Shown here piece by piece: positions 35,791 to 46,873 of a stretch of 64,000 nt of DNA; positions within the stretch are counted from its first letter, which is position 1, and the number at the start of each line of letters is the position of its first letter. The stretch is from positions 1 through 64,000 of IMG/VR virus record IMGVR_UViG_3300010396_000007. One strand, given 5' to 3'. Source of the DNA: a virus. A program made the position numbers and the translations under genes. Under the pieces are notes generated by a model that saw nothing but the letters and a program-made list of their open reading frames with translations, was not told the origin of the DNA and made no database searches.

Positions 35791-37893
35791 TTATTGCAAT
35801 GCACTAGATGTTTGTGAGTAAATATCTCTCAATTTATCTTTACTCTGGGTTGCGTTGAGCGCATCGGTTGCACCTTTGGCAATAACCTTCGCAGCCGTAC
35901 CCGGAGCACCACGTTCTGCCATTTGCCCTGCTTTTTGATAAAAGTTCCAAACTTCAGGGTGCGTTGCTATCTTATTCAGCAAAGCACGTCCAGCAGCGAA
36001 TCCGCCACCTTCAGCTACAGTTAAACCAAGTAGCGCTCCCAATCCCATATGGGCTATACTAGCGCCCCCTGCCGCACCAAGCGGAACAAGAACGCCCGCA
36101 CGAGTTAGGTGCTGTAACTGTTCGCCTGCGTGAGCATCTTGTGCAAGTTGTTTCAAACCATTTTTAGCATCAGCAACATTGAATAAATCATTCTTGCTAT
36201 CATCAGTAATTCGGGTCCATGCTTCAGAAAACTTTGCTGGATTAAACTGTCCATCGTCCAGTGAGTCTTTCATCATGGTTTGAAATACATCTTTGCCAAA
36301 CGCTTTTACACCATCTGCACCAATTACTCTTTTCAGAACATCTGTATTAAAGTTTGCTTTACCTGCGGACGGCAATGCCGAACCCGCGCGTTTCAATCCT
36401 ACGAAAGCCTTTGCTGCATCATCCATCTTACCGTCACGCAGCGCTGCAATAACAGGATTGTCGAATAAATTAACCTTATCGCGGTAGCCTGCTCTCAATT
36501 CCTTGTAATCATTTAGAGCCGTTGGGTCACCACTTTTCTGAGCCATCTGACCAATTGTGTCATCAAGGGCATTGTTAATCTTTCTTAATACACGACCATT
36601 GATATCACCAAGCTCATAACTATCACCTAAAGTACGAACCTGCTGACGAAGCGCCACTAAATCATCAATATTGAGATTCTTTACTGGTTTCGTTTCAGGA
36701 GCTAAATCTTTAGAAGATTGAATAGGCTTACCGGAGGCATCGAGAATTTTAGGCGCTTCCGCAGTTGCTTCTTTCTCTACAGGTTGTGTGCCTGTTGAAA
36801 GTTGCTCTAGCAAGTCCTTAGTACTTTTATCAAGCTTGTCGCCTGTGGCGTTCTTAGCAGTGACAACAAAAGGATGTTCTTCGGGATTAGGCTTCGCTAG
36901 AAGCTCTTTGGCTTTCTTTTGAAGAGGATTGTCTGTTGGGTCAATCTCCTGCCCGCTTAGTCTGTCCTTAATATCCTTGATACCAGTTTCAAAATCGGTA
37001 TGCATTTGGGCGTTAGATGCTTTAATACGATTGCCCATTTCTTCTACGATTTCCTGCTTACCTTTCGCGCCCTCGGCCACTTGAGATAGATTTTTAACCT
37101 TACCAGCAACTTGCCCTGCTTTCTGCAAAAGCTCGCCACCAGCTTCTAATGGGACACCTACGGCTGTACCAAATGCGGTAGCTTCCGCGCCCTGCTTTAA
37201 ACCTTCTTTAGCTTTATCTTCAATGCTCCCTTGTTCTCGGGCAGCAGATTGCGCACCTTGTACGATGCCACCTTCTGCACCATGGATACCAGCAAGAGCA
37301 AGCATTCTAGCGCCAATGCGGAGAGCATTTACCAGTCTAGGAGAGCCTTCTACAGTCTTAATAGCTTTTGCTGCCGTCTCAAGTCTCTGAGCAACAGGGA
37401 GTGCTTTTAAAGCTTCATCACCCATTAGGAATTCAGCAAGTGTCTCACCGCCATAGCCAATCTTAGCAGCAGGAGGAAGATTTTCTTCTTTTGCTACATT
37501 ATCATCGGCAATGTGATGCAGGAATTGTCTTGCTTTATCAGGTAGACCTAGGGTGTCCGCAGCCTTGGACGCCGCTTGAAAAACACCTTGTCCAACGCCG
37601 CCGAGAGTATTTAAAACCCCCGCACCCGCACCTTCTAGCGTTTCTCCGACTCCTACACCTGCATTTCCTACAACTTTACCGGCTGTAGTCAGAGCGGAAT
37701 CTTCTGGCTTAAACTCTAACCCATGCGCCGCTTTTTCAAAACCGTCTTCAGTGTTCTGTTGTGTTGGCGGTTGTCCTACAGTTGCGCCTTGTGGGATAGG
37801 CGTAGAATACTGATCTTGATTCGAAGCCTGTCCCACAGTTGCGCCTTGAGGCAATGGTGTAGAATATTGGTCCTGCTGTTGGTTATTTTCCAT
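35791..37893 (-). CDS. Internal virion/ejection protein
   Basis: Ala/Gly-rich helical protein after the SLT gene; N-terminal DQYSTP.PQGATVGQ repeat. Confidence 0.6.
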   Translation of the reverse strand: MENNQQQDQYSTPLPQGATVGQASNQDQYSTPIPQGATVGQPPTQQNTEDGFEKAAHGLEFKPEDSALTTAGKVVGNAGVGVGETLEGAGAGVLNTLGGVGQGVFQAASKAADTLGLPDKARQFLHHIADDNVAKEENLPPAAKIGYGGETLAEFLMGDEALKALPVAQRLETAAKAIKTVEGSPRLVNALRIGARMLALAGIHGAEGGIVQGAQSAAREQGSIEDKAKEGLKQGAEATAFGTAVGVPLEAGGELLQKAGQVAGKVKNLSQVAEGAKGKQEIVEEMGNRIKASNAQMHTDFETGIKDIKDRLSGQEIDPTDNPLQKKAKELLAKPNPEEHPFVVTAKNATGDKLDKSTKDLLEQLSTGTQPVEKEATAEAPKILDASGKPIQSSKDLAPETKPVKNLNIDDLVALRQQVRTLGDSYELGDINGRVLRKINNALDDTIGQMAQKSGDPTALNDYKELRAGYRDKVNLFDNPVIAALRDGKMDDAAKAFVGLKRAGSALPSAGKANFNTDVLKRVIGADGVKAFGKDVFQTMMKDSLDDGQFNPAKFSEAWTRITDDSKNDLFNVADAKNGLKQLAQDAHAGEQLQHLTRAGVLVPLGAAGGASIAHMGLGALLGLTVAEGGGFAAGRALLNKIATHPEVWNFYQKAGQMAERGAPGTAAKVIAKGATDALNATQSKDKLRDIYSQTSSALQ

Positions 37894-37907
37894 GTCCTAC
37901 CTTTTTA

Positions 37908-40784
37908 TTACTGCGTTTGTAATGCTCGATATCCCTTTGCACCGGGGACAGTAAACCCAAGAACTTGACCATTGTTACCGTAAACAGGAACCTCTTGCGG
38001 AGTTAACTGTCCGGGTAACATTTGCTGTGTTCCCTGCGCTTGCTGTCTTTGCGACCACGGAGTTTCATAACCGTACTTCTGGCTTAATGTAGTAAAGCTA
38101 GAAGGAATGTTAGCTAGGTGCTTGTCGGCTGCTCCCGACATTTGATTGTATTGTTCGTCGTAAGGAGCAACTTTTCCATGCATAACACCTGTGTACAGTC
38201 TAGCAAGGTCATCAATTTGCTTCTCTGAGTTTTCAGGAGTCATGTTCTTCATAATAGCTTCAACTTGTCCCTTTTGAGGAGCGAAGCCACCTGACAGAAC
38301 CTTACCCATTTCATCGTTTACCGCGCCGGTTAAGGCCGCGAGCCTGCTATAATCACTTCCACCTGTATGATAATTTAACTCATTCTCTAATTTATTAATC
38401 AGAGGATATTGACCGGCCCCGCTCTTAATGGCGTGTGCCAATTCAGTTAACATATTCAAGTGGTTTGAAACAGCAGCGGCAGCTTGGAATGTCTGCGCAG
38501 GTTTACTATTAGCACTCGTAAAGGAGTGTAAGTCCTTGTAGTTGTCCACATTATATGTTGGATTAAACTGTCTTACCACATTCAACATATCCTGCTGTGT
38601 AAGTGATTGATCTTTGAACCATAGTTTGTTCGAAGCAACATTAATAGGAGCATCATAACGAGCAATAGCCATAGCATCACGAATAGCTTCAGCCGGTAAT
38701 GTTACGCCTTGGGCTTGTAGACTCTTATATACATCTTTAGGGTCCATCTTCAAAGCATCTTGCGGAACATTAGCTGTTTCCAACGTATCCAACATAGCTT
38801 GTTTCTTAGCATGAGCGGCCTCATCGTTGGCATTCTTAGCGGCTGCTCTTGCTTCAATTGCTTTTGTTTGAACATCACTCTTACGTTGTTCTGCTTGTGT
38901 GGTTACATAATCGTCATGCGTTTTGATCGCATCGGCACCACCTTGCTGCAAGTAAGCTGCGATGTTATTAGCAGCGTCCCCTTGTCCTGATTGACGTAGG
39001 TGTGCTAATGCCGCGCCAACCTGTCCTTCGGAACCCGGAGGAAGACTGTTGTATGCACCCATGAATTTCTCTACATCAGAGGCAAACGTCGCGTGCTCTT
39101 TAGCAAAGTCTGTTGGCAGAGGATGCTTTTTATCAGTCGCTACATCTGGTGCTTGCAGAAGTCCTACACGTCCCGCAACTGAGTCCACATACTTCTGCGT
39201 GTCTGCTGCTGAATGGTCTTTTGTGTCCTGAATGGCACCGTTTGGACCGATAGCTCCCGGACCACTATAATACGCCGCTAGTGCCTTCTTAGGGTCACCT
39301 TGGTATTGCTTTAGTAAGTCAGAGAAATAATGAGCCGTGGCATCAGTATTCTTAGCCGGGTCTGTTCTATTGTCATTACCATCTGCGTCAATTAATCCAT
39401 ACTGTTTAGCCGTTGTTTTGGTAAACTGTCCGACACCTGTAGCACCTGTAGCACTAATTGCATTTGGATCGCCGCCTGATTCTTGTGATACAAGGCCGCG
39501 AAGCAGCGCTTGAAAGTTATCAGGAGTTATTAATGTTTTAATAGACGGTGCGTACTTCTCTGCTACATTATCAACCATGCCTTGAATTTTTGTGTTCTTA
39601 ACTTCGGGTGAAGTTAGAGTCCCCGGCTTGGTTACATCGGCAGAGATTTGATGGTTCACTCCGGTTGCTTCGTCAACAGTGTCAAAGAAGTTGCTAAACA
39701 TCTGCTCGGCTACACCCAATTGAGTAGCCATCGACTTCTTATTTAGTGCCAAGCGCGCGTTAAGAGGAGCATCTGTAATGTTTTGATTGTCCATTCCCGG
39801 TTGTCCCCAAGCTGACAAACGTTTAGTGTCTTCAGGACTCAACATTCCTGTAGTCTTAAATGAAGGGTCCAGAATTAGATAATCCATATCCCATTGTGGT
39901 TTACCGTTAATCTCTACTTGCTTTCCCTCACTATCAAGGCGAGGTACGCGTTTATAAGGAATTGCAGTATCCGCAGTGACATTATACTTAGCCAAATCCT
40001 TGTAGGATGCTATTGCTTTAATATAGCCGGGAAATTCAGATTGAATCTTATCGACTAAATCTTTGTACTGCCCAATGTATGCATCTGCTGCGTCAGCATC
40101 CATCTTCCCAATACTGCGAGCATTGTTGTACATGCGCATATTCAATTCAGTGGTCTGTACGCGGCGAGCATAATCCTGAGTAGCTTGGTCTTTAGCATTC
40201 TGTGTGATCTGTTGACTCTGTTTTGCACCAGCAGCAAACCCGGCTGAAGCTGCGCGCCCAAGATTACCCGGACCATTTTGTACACCAAATCCGGCAGCAG
40301 CGCCTGTTAAAGCTTCCATGGCGATAGCAAGAGCTAAGTGTCCGTTACTTATCGGAACTTGCTTCTTTTGCATGTTACCCATTGAATCGACAGAATAGGT
40401 GTAACGTGGTCCTCCTGCAAGTGCTTCCGCAATATCATGGAACATGCTCGCCTTTTTAACAGCAGGCGGTGGTCCTTGAGGGGCGGGAATGCCATTAGGC
40501 TGCTGCGGCCCCGGAGTCTTAGACAAATCTGAAGGTTTACCGGGTTGCTGTCCGGGACCATTAGAGGTGTTTCCCTGTACCGGCGAAGAATTGACACCTT
40601 GGGGAGCGGTGGCAGTTACAGGTGTGGGAGCAGGAGTAGGAGGAATATTTGGCGCTGCTGTTTGTGAAACGGTAGCAGCGTCATTCGCCTCTGGATTTGC
40701 AATGTCAAGTACCTGTCCTCCATTTGGCGGATTAGAGGTTCCTTCCATTGGTTCCTGATTTTGAGATTGTGTTTGTGCGTCCAT
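37908..40784 (-). CDS. Internal virion protein with lytic transglycosylase (SLT) domain
   Basis: QESGG, ATGVGQF, ALAAYYSG, TQKYV. Confidence 0.85.
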   Translation of the reverse strand: MDAQTQSQNQEPMEGTSNPPNGGQVLDIANPEANDAATVSQTAAPNIPPTPAPTPVTATAPQGVNSSPVQGNTSNGPGQQPGKPSDLSKTPGPQQPNGIPAPQGPPPAVKKASMFHDIAEALAGGPRYTYSVDSMGNMQKKQVPISNGHLALAIAMEALTGAAAGFGVQNGPGNLGRAASAGFAAGAKQSQQITQNAKDQATQDYARRVQTTELNMRMYNNARSIGKMDADAADAYIGQYKDLVDKIQSEFPGYIKAIASYKDLAKYNVTADTAIPYKRVPRLDSEGKQVEINGKPQWDMDYLILDPSFKTTGMLSPEDTKRLSAWGQPGMDNQNITDAPLNARLALNKKSMATQLGVAEQMFSNFFDTVDEATGVNHQISADVTKPGTLTSPEVKNTKIQGMVDNVAEKYAPSIKTLITPDNFQALLRGLVSQESGGDPNAISATGATGVGQFTKTTAKQYGLIDADGNDNRTDPAKNTDATAHYFSDLLKQYQGDPKKALAAYYSGPGAIGPNGAIQDTKDHSAADTQKYVDSVAGRVGLLQAPDVATDKKHPLPTDFAKEHATFASDVEKFMGAYNSLPPGSEGQVGAALAHLRQSGQGDAANNIAAYLQQGGADAIKTHDDYVTTQAEQRKSDVQTKAIEARAAAKNANDEAAHAKKQAMLDTLETANVPQDALKMDPKDVYKSLQAQGVTLPAEAIRDAMAIARYDAPINVASNKLWFKDQSLTQQDMLNVVRQFNPTYNVDNYKDLHSFTSANSKPAQTFQAAAAVSNHLNMLTELAHAIKSGAGQYPLINKLENELNYHTGGSDYSRLAALTGAVNDEMGKVLSGGFAPQKGQVEAIMKNMTPENSEKQIDDLARLYTGVMHGKVAPYDEQYNQMSGAADKHLANIPSSFTTLSQKYGYETPWSQRQQAQGTQQMLPGQLTPQEVPVYGNNGQVLGFTVPGAKGYRALQTQ

Positions 40785-40796
40785 TATTGATACTCC

Positions 40797-41543
40797 TTAT
40801 CCACCAAAGAATCCTTTTCCTTTCCCGAGATTAGCCATCCCGCCTGTTGCAACAGCACCGCCAATAGAACCGACAGCGCCAAGAACACCTTGTAAAACAC
40901 TGTTATCCGCTTGGGCAACATCATTTTGTGATGTGGTAGCGGCTTCACCGGCTTGTGTCCCGGCTCCTGTAGCTCCGGTTGCCGCACCAAATACGCTTGG
41001 TGCTGCTAATTCACCTTGTACAGCAGTGGCCCAGTTTTGTCTTCCTTGGGCATAGTTCTCTGTAGTAATTTCATTAAGCTGATTTGCAGTTTGTGATGCG
41101 CCTGCATTAGCAAGTTGCAATTCTTCATTAGCTGCCACGCCGCTAGGTAATGCGGTGTTACCGCCACCTTGAGCCGCAAGATTCTCACCAAGAGCTTGTC
41201 GTGCGTTCTTAAAGCTTTGACCAGTTGTTGTAATTGCGGCTGATCTTTTAGCAGCAAGTTCCGTAGGAGAAAACCCTTGTTGATTTGGGCCTGCGTTGAC
41301 AATTGGCGCGAATGTATTCATCAGCCCTTGAAAGACTTGAGAAGCATCGCCAAAAACAGTCTTAGCTTGATCCTGAGCTTGTGTCATAAAGCTTGTGGTG
41401 CTAGCTGCTACCTGCTTCTGTCCTGAAGTTGCACCACATGCTAATGCGATAGTTCCATTATACTCGAAAGAGGATGAAGTGTCAAGCACGTAACGACCCA
41501 TGCCGTCATCCCAGTGATACTCAAGCTTCGTAAATATTCTCAT
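40797..41543 (-). CDS. Ejection/pilot protein
   Basis: Ala/Gly/Gln-rich; position in module. Confidence 0.55.
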   Translation of the reverse strand: MRIFTKLEYHWDDGMGRYVLDTSSSFEYNGTIALACGATSGQKQVAASTTSFMTQAQDQAKTVFGDASQVFQGLMNTFAPIVNAGPNQQGFSPTELAAKRSAAITTTGQSFKNARQALGENLAAQGGGNTALPSGVAANEELQLANAGASQTANQLNEITTENYAQGRQNWATAVQGELAAPSVFGAATGATGAGTQAGEAATTSQNDVAQADNSVLQGVLGAVGSIGGAVATGGMANLGKGKGFFGG

Positions 41544-41998
41544 TATACCATTTCCTCTTTCGGTGTGTCAATGAAAAGTTTTCCAAGAACCCCTTCACCG
41601 AAGTCCTGAAATCCTAATCGCTTGATGCAAAAATTTCGCAATAACGGGACGGTGCTTATAAAAAAGAAGCCACTGAATCCATTGTCTTTAGCTTTATTCT
41701 CTAATTCAGGAAAACCCGTTAGCATCGCTTTTAAATTTCGTCTACCATCGTCATTATTTAGATATTGAATGTCTAACTGTATAATGCCTACACCTTTTTC
41801 AACAATGGGCTTGCCGCGTACAAAACATATCGGCCCTTTCTCATCTTCATACACAGAACACACAGTACCATCTGCGTAAAAGAAACTAGCGGGTGTATCT
41901 TTGTGGTGCTCGTCAAGCATTAAAGAACTTGCTAACAAACTGTAATCATCATCTGTAATGTATCTACTTGTTATCATTACCTTCCTTTTGCTTCCCAA
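41543..41998 (-). CDS. Virion assembly protein, GNAT-like fold possible
   Basis: Syntenic slot before ejection genes; KRLGF motif. Confidence 0.45.
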   Translation of the reverse strand: MGSKRKVMITSRYITDDDYSLLASSLMLDEHHKDTPASFFYADGTVCSVYEDEKGPICFVRGKPIVEKGVGIIQLDIQYLNNDDGRRNLKAMLTGFPELENKAKDNGFSGFFFISTVPLLRNFCIKRLGFQDFGEGVLGKLFIDTPKEEMV

Positions 41999-42567
41999 TA
42001 CGCGAATCCACTTGAGCCGTTGTTAGAGATAGTAAAGCCAGTGATGGACTCAGAACCTTTAACAACAAACGTGATACGATCTGTAGGCGACCAAGTTGTT
42101 ACTAAAATCATTTCAATAGTAGATGGGAAAGGAATTGGGAACGTAACAGCTATTGTACCAGCATTAATATCAGTCGTTACTGCACCCCATTGTGTTATAA
42201 TTCCGAGTGGGTCTTTCTCCCAAAACCCATTAGCATTAGACCCTTGACTAAATCCTGCCGTTGGGTCCGTGTTTGTGATATTAGTGACTTTAGTTGTGTT
42301 CGTAACATTGGTTACAGATTGCACAAGATTATTTGGTGGAGTAGGAGGGATAATTCTATTCTGGGGAACTACCCCTCCATTGAAATAAGTTCGCAAAGAA
42401 TCACTTGATGCGTGCCATATAGGAGGTATAGGGGTACGCATATAAACACTCTGCCCCGGTGCTGCTTGGGATGTTTGTGCAAATCCTGTTAAAGAAGTTA
42501 CGGGCGCTGTAAGAACAGGCTCGTAACCGCTAGTATCAGCATTTGTTGATTCTTGTAAACTTGGCAT
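41977..42567 (-). CDS. Tail-fibre-related protein (gp53-like C-terminus)
   Basis: GIITQWG, VTFPIPFP, YWEAKG. Confidence 0.7.
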   Translation of the reverse strand: MPSLQESTNADTSGYEPVLTAPVTSLTGFAQTSQAAPGQSVYMRTPIPPIWHASSDSLRTYFNGGVVPQNRIIPPTPPNNLVQSVTNVTNTTKVTNITNTDPTAGFSQGSNANGFWEKDPLGIITQWGAVTTDINAGTIAVTFPIPFPSTIEMILVTTWSPTDRITFVVKGSESITGFTISNNGSSGFAYWEAKGR

Positions 42568-45338
42568 TATAACTCCTGCAAATATGTACCAAATACGGTC
42601 ATTGTTAGAAGTTCATTCATAACGGTGTCCGCAGGACTAAATATAACCTGTATCTGCATGTGTCTCAGTGTTGCTAACACATTTTCGTTATCCGATAAAT
42701 AGAAACGCTGACTATAAAAAGATTTGCTTGTGGGCAAATTAGGAGGGTCAGATTCCCAATTTTTCAGAATATCAATTGGACCTGTATAATAAGGCAATGC
42801 CTCATCAATGAGTACGCCCAATGAGATAGGACTTCCAACTCTTACAGAATCGGTAACAATATGTGCTACTTGTGCTACTTGTCCCGGCTGAGTAAGTACC
42901 GCAGAGCCTACAACTGCATATGCCGAATATGGTGTTCCGTTATCTGCATACACACTAAGGTCACGTTGTAAAAGTTCACCTGTTGACACAGGACCAAGTA
43001 ATAGTCTATGTACACCCGGAGATACCTCAATTGATTGAACCGCTTTGACACCGCCACTAATTTGTGCGAACGGTGACCATGTATATCCTGTCTCCGGTGC
43101 CGGTGTAGTCATCAACCTGTACCAGCCGTTTGCTCCGTCACATACGTACCAAGCTTGATCTTCACCTTGGACATGCCATGCAACGTAAGCATTCTTAGGA
43201 TTCCACGATGTGCCTAATCCGCCATTATTTAAGCGAAGTTGGTCACCAATCGGGAATCCTGCGTATACTGTACCGGCTGACGGGTCTAGAATGAGGAATT
43301 GATTGTCTGTAGTAAACAGACCAATAATTGCTCCATTTACATCTAAAGCATTATAACTAAGTAAACCAATGCCCGGTAGCAAGGGTTGAGAGCCTTGAAT
43401 TGGACTTGTTTGTGTTCCTAGTCCTTGTATAATGTATACATCTGAAACGGTAAATACTAACATTCCAGAAGTCGTAGGAACCAAGCGCGTAACTAAGGAT
43501 GGCATGGAGTCAAAATTCAAAGGACTTGACCCATTTAGTCCATTGCCTTCCGGCGCATCTGGTCCTGAAGTCCAATAAACTACGTTTCCGATGCTGTACC
43601 AAATTCTATTTAAGTGGTATGTAAGATTAATAGCCCCTGTTGCCGGAACAGTGTTTTCTCCCGCTATCGGTGCAGAAATTAGGTTATTCAAACCCGTGTC
43701 TTGAGTATTGTCCCAAAATCCGTGTATTAAATAATCACTTAATCTCATAGTCCAAGTCGTACCGTCTTGCCCCGGAATTAAAAACGGCGTGGCCTGTCCA
43801 TCGGTTGTTCTAAAAATAGCAACATAATCAGCTTGGAAATCCAGTGTCGTACCGGGGATAATCGTATGGGGCGCTCGTACTATAGACGGCAGTCCCATTC
43901 CCGGTGCTAGATAAACATTCTGCGCTCCATTGAAATTACCAGTAGGAGGAGATAGGGGCGAAACATTCGAGTAAGTATCATCCAGACTGTTTACCAAAGC
44001 TACGCAGTATTGATATCCCCCATTGGAAGGACTCAAAGCACTCTGGTAAATCATTGTCCATGTGTTACCACCATCTACAGTCGTATCACCAATGATCTTT
44101 GACCAATTAGGCTCCGGTCCAGCCGGTGTACCTGCAAATGTCAATTGCTGAAGATTGTTGTTTGAATCAATTACAGTTTGTCCTGCTATATAAGCTGTGC
44201 CCGCTGTCCAATTTGGGAAGGGCAGCGTTCCTACAGAACCTAATCCCGCATAATTCTGGTTAAACACAGTCGAAATAGGAATCGTGGGAGTATTTGTAAT
44301 CCCCCAGTTTTTGACTAGAGGACCATGATTCACCCAAAGAACCGTATTATCAACTGTCCAACCGCCTTTATATTTATTAGGAGCAATAGCTACCACGCCC
44401 GGTTGAACGTTACTGAATGTAGGAATTGTAGCACCAGATTTGGGTGTACCTCCGTTAAAAGCAATTACGTTGCCAGTAGTTGCAGTTGTTGTAACAGGAA
44501 GTGTAAAAGGGCTAATGGTAGGAAAAGGCCAAGTCGTTGTCATACTTGTACCTGAAACCGTAAGTACTGTTACATTTGCAAAAAGCTCTTGTCCTACTAT
44601 GATACCAGAATCCCAATATGTAATAAACGGTGCTGCGTCAATTGATACTGTATCCCCTGCTGCAAAAAAGTTGGATAGAGTTATACTAGATGTTAATGTA
44701 ATAACAGGCCCGCTAGTGGTAGTGGGGGCAGCAATCGAGTATGACACTAAAGGTGCAATAGTACCAAGAAGCTGTTGTATATTTCCGTTTGAATCTACAA
44801 TGAAAGTAGTTAAGAATGGGGTAGTTTGCTGCCCGTACAGAAAGTTAGCCTGCCAAGTCTGCAAGGTTTGCATGTACTTTTTATTGTCGATTCCATTTGC
44901 AAAGTAGAGAATATTTCCTACCGACTGCATATAAGTTTGACCAGCACCAATACTCTTATCAAAAATATCCGTCTTAACTCCACCAGACAATGAGTACAAA
45001 GCGTTCGCTTGGTCAACCATCAATATAATTGTTTCTGTATTCTGGTCAAATAGGCGAAATTCATAGAAGCGATCTACACCTGTGTAACTGTTAGAATCGT
45101 ACACTGATGTACCGGGTCTACGCGCTAGTGTCAATTTATTTGTAATTTCAACGTTCAATCCGGCAATAAGGGCATCCCCTGCTTGACCATAAAACTTTTC
45201 GACAATACGGCTGGTAGTGGCATCTCTTAAAGGGGAACGATTTGTCCATAAACCACTAGACCAACGACCTGTATACAAAGGCGCAAACTTCGGCTGCTTA
45301 CTTGGTGTTGCTCCTGCTAGTCCGAGGTTGTTACTCAA
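42567..45338 (-). CDS. Tail tube/nozzle (stabilisation) protein
   Basis: LARRPGT N-terminal motif; beta-propeller-like; TTG start with GAGGAAGG SD. Confidence 0.65.
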   Translation of the reverse strand: MSNNLGLAGATPSKQPKFAPLYTGRWSSGLWTNRSPLRDATTSRIVEKFYGQAGDALIAGLNVEITNKLTLARRPGTSVYDSNSYTGVDRFYEFRLFDQNTETIILMVDQANALYSLSGGVKTDIFDKSIGAGQTYMQSVGNILYFANGIDNKKYMQTLQTWQANFLYGQQTTPFLTTFIVDSNGNIQQLLGTIAPLVSYSIAAPTTTSGPVITLTSSITLSNFFAAGDTVSIDAAPFITYWDSGIIVGQELFANVTVLTVSGTSMTTTWPFPTISPFTLPVTTTATTGNVIAFNGGTPKSGATIPTFSNVQPGVVAIAPNKYKGGWTVDNTVLWVNHGPLVKNWGITNTPTIPISTVFNQNYAGLGSVGTLPFPNWTAGTAYIAGQTVIDSNNNLQQLTFAGTPAGPEPNWSKIIGDTTVDGGNTWTMIYQSALSPSNGGYQYCVALVNSLDDTYSNVSPLSPPTGNFNGAQNVYLAPGMGLPSIVRAPHTIIPGTTLDFQADYVAIFRTTDGQATPFLIPGQDGTTWTMRLSDYLIHGFWDNTQDTGLNNLISAPIAGENTVPATGAINLTYHLNRIWYSIGNVVYWTSGPDAPEGNGLNGSSPLNFDSMPSLVTRLVPTTSGMLVFTVSDVYIIQGLGTQTSPIQGSQPLLPGIGLLSYNALDVNGAIIGLFTTDNQFLILDPSAGTVYAGFPIGDQLRLNNGGLGTSWNPKNAYVAWHVQGEDQAWYVCDGANGWYRLMTTPAPETGYTWSPFAQISGGVKAVQSIEVSPGVHRLLLGPVSTGELLQRDLSVYADNGTPYSAYAVVGSAVLTQPGQVAQVAHIVTDSVRVGSPISLGVLIDEALPYYTGPIDILKNWESDPPNLPTSKSFYSQRFYLSDNENVLATLRHMQIQVIFSPADTVMNELLTMTVFGTYLQEL

Positions 45339-45855
45339 TTTGACCTTCCTCAAGCATAACAACTTTAGCCCACTCACCGAGTAAAATAAGTTCTTCTAAT
45401 GAGGCATTGCTTTTCATTGTGTTAGCTTTATTTGATATTATGTGAATATTACCTTTAACATATCCTCCATTCGGGTCAATTCTATCTAAGCTAGGAGAAT
45501 TTGGCAAAGGACCATGAGGCCCAAAGTTTTTCACAATCGGTATATTAAGTATTGGACAATGTGTAGGTATTTCGATATCCTCTACTTTTATCGTAAATTC
45601 TATACCCCTTTGATTAGCACGCTGTCTAGCAGAGGCATAAACCGCTATACGATTATCTTCCTTGGTTTTTTGAATTCGGTGTTTATTGGCTTGTTTATTA
45701 ATTTTTTCTCTAACGCCGGGTTTAGATTTATACAGATCACGAGACTTTTTGTTACACACTTTACAATAAGACCGTCGCTTTTCACCGCGTCCACATTTGG
45801 TGTAACTTGTAAATGTTTTAACTTCTCCGCATTTTGAACATTTCTTAGTTTCCAT
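45331..45855 (-). CDS. HNH-type endonuclease
   Basis: KKCSKCG; CPIL..SPSLDRID..GYVKGN. Confidence 0.82.
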   Translation of the reverse strand: METKKCSKCGEVKTFTSYTKCGRGEKRRSYCKVCNKKSRDLYKSKPGVREKINKQANKHRIQKTKEDNRIAVYASARQRANQRGIEFTIKVEDIEIPTHCPILNIPIVKNFGPHGPLPNSPSLDRIDPNGGYVKGNIHIISNKANTMKSNASLEELILLGEWAKVVMLEEGQIE

Positions 45856-45866
45856 AAATATTTCCT

Positions 45867-46211
45867 TTAAGCGTTTGGCACCCAAGCACCGATATCAAAT
45901 GGACTAGGTGAGCTTAAAATCTGCTGTACATTCGGTCCCCATACGCGCTCTCCGTTTTTAGTATATGCGGATACAGTATAAAAGGAACCGGATGGTGTTA
46001 TTAAATCGTTGGGCCAAAATGAATGTGCAGGGGACGTTACAACATTACCATTAGAATCTAATGGAACCTTCACCACAAGCCCTGAGCAAATCAAAGTACT
46101 TGTATTCACAACTTCATCTTGATTTAGCTGAAGTAAAAGGTAACCATTAGCTAAAAGGTTACCTTCACTATCGGCAAAACTTCCTCCAACAATCTGATTA
46201 ATTGTTGACAT
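45867..46211 (-). CDS. Small virion protein, paralogue of 52298-52579
   Basis: Shared GYLL..LN.D, LD..GN, FWPN..I.PSG..Y. Confidence 0.65.
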   Translation of the reverse strand: MSTINQIVGGSFADSEGNLLANGYLLLQLNQDEVVNTSTLICSGLVVKVPLDSNGNVVTSPAHSFWPNDLITPSGSFYTVSAYTKNGERVWGPNVQQILSSPSPFDIGAWVPNA

Positions 46212-46590
46212 GTTGATACCTCTTCAAATAATTCTCTATGCCCCTAACCATATCAGGATCATCAAGTAGAAGTCCGATAGCGAAATTGCACTGCTTACAT
46301 AATAAACCACGCACTTCATTTGTAGCATGATCGTGGTCAATATATTCCGCTGGTCTTTTACATTGCTCATTCGCACATTTTCCGCCCTGTAATTCATACA
46401 TTTCTTTATATTATTCAGGGGTTAAACCGTATCGCCATTTGAGCATGTATTTTTGACGAGCCTCACGAGTAGCTTCAGGATGATCTTTCTTCCACTTAGC
46501 TGCTCGCTCGCTCCGTTTTCTTTTACGTTCCGGGTCTTGGTTACGCTTATGTTCGTATTCTTTACGTACTTCCGCATCTTTGTGCGACAT
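46198..46590 (-). pseudogene. Endonuclease VII gene with in-frame TAA
   Basis: MSHKD...YGLTPE*YKEMYELQGGKC...DHDH..VRGLLC; stop at 46411-46413. Confidence 0.75.
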
Positions 46591-46865
46591 TACGCCCCCG
46601 GTTTATTATCTTTATTCTTTAACCAATCAGCAGCTTTATTGGCCCCGTAAAGAGGACCACATGTGGTTACAATAAAAGTAGCCCCTGAATTAAGAAAGTT
46701 ATTGAATTGTTCTACTGTGATGCGCTTTTGATAAGTAGCTATACCGAAAGAAATACCTACCCCCAAAATGAACGCAACTAGCATTGTTATATGGATACGA
46801 GTTGAAGACCCGCTTCCATCAGGTTCGCTCCAAATAGAACGAACCCATGTCCAAAATTGATTCAT
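46590..46865 (-). CDS. Holin-like two-TM protein
   Basis: SSTR motif, two hydrophobic segments, basic tail. Confidence 0.55.
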   Translation of the reverse strand: MNQFWTWVRSIWSEPDGSGSSTRIHITMLVAFILGVGISFGIATYQKRITVEQFNNFLNSGATFIVTTCGPLYGANKAADWLKNKDNKPGA

Positions 46866-46873
46866 AAAATCCT

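Noticed and set aside
41542-41571. TTGACA-18-TATAAT on - strand
   Set aside because: The -10 box overlaps the likely start codon at 41543, so its transcript would miss the start; function doubtful
46411-46413. Stop-codon reassignment
   Set aside because: Single internal TAA; TAA, TAG and TGA all terminate genes normally and no suppressor tRNA is present
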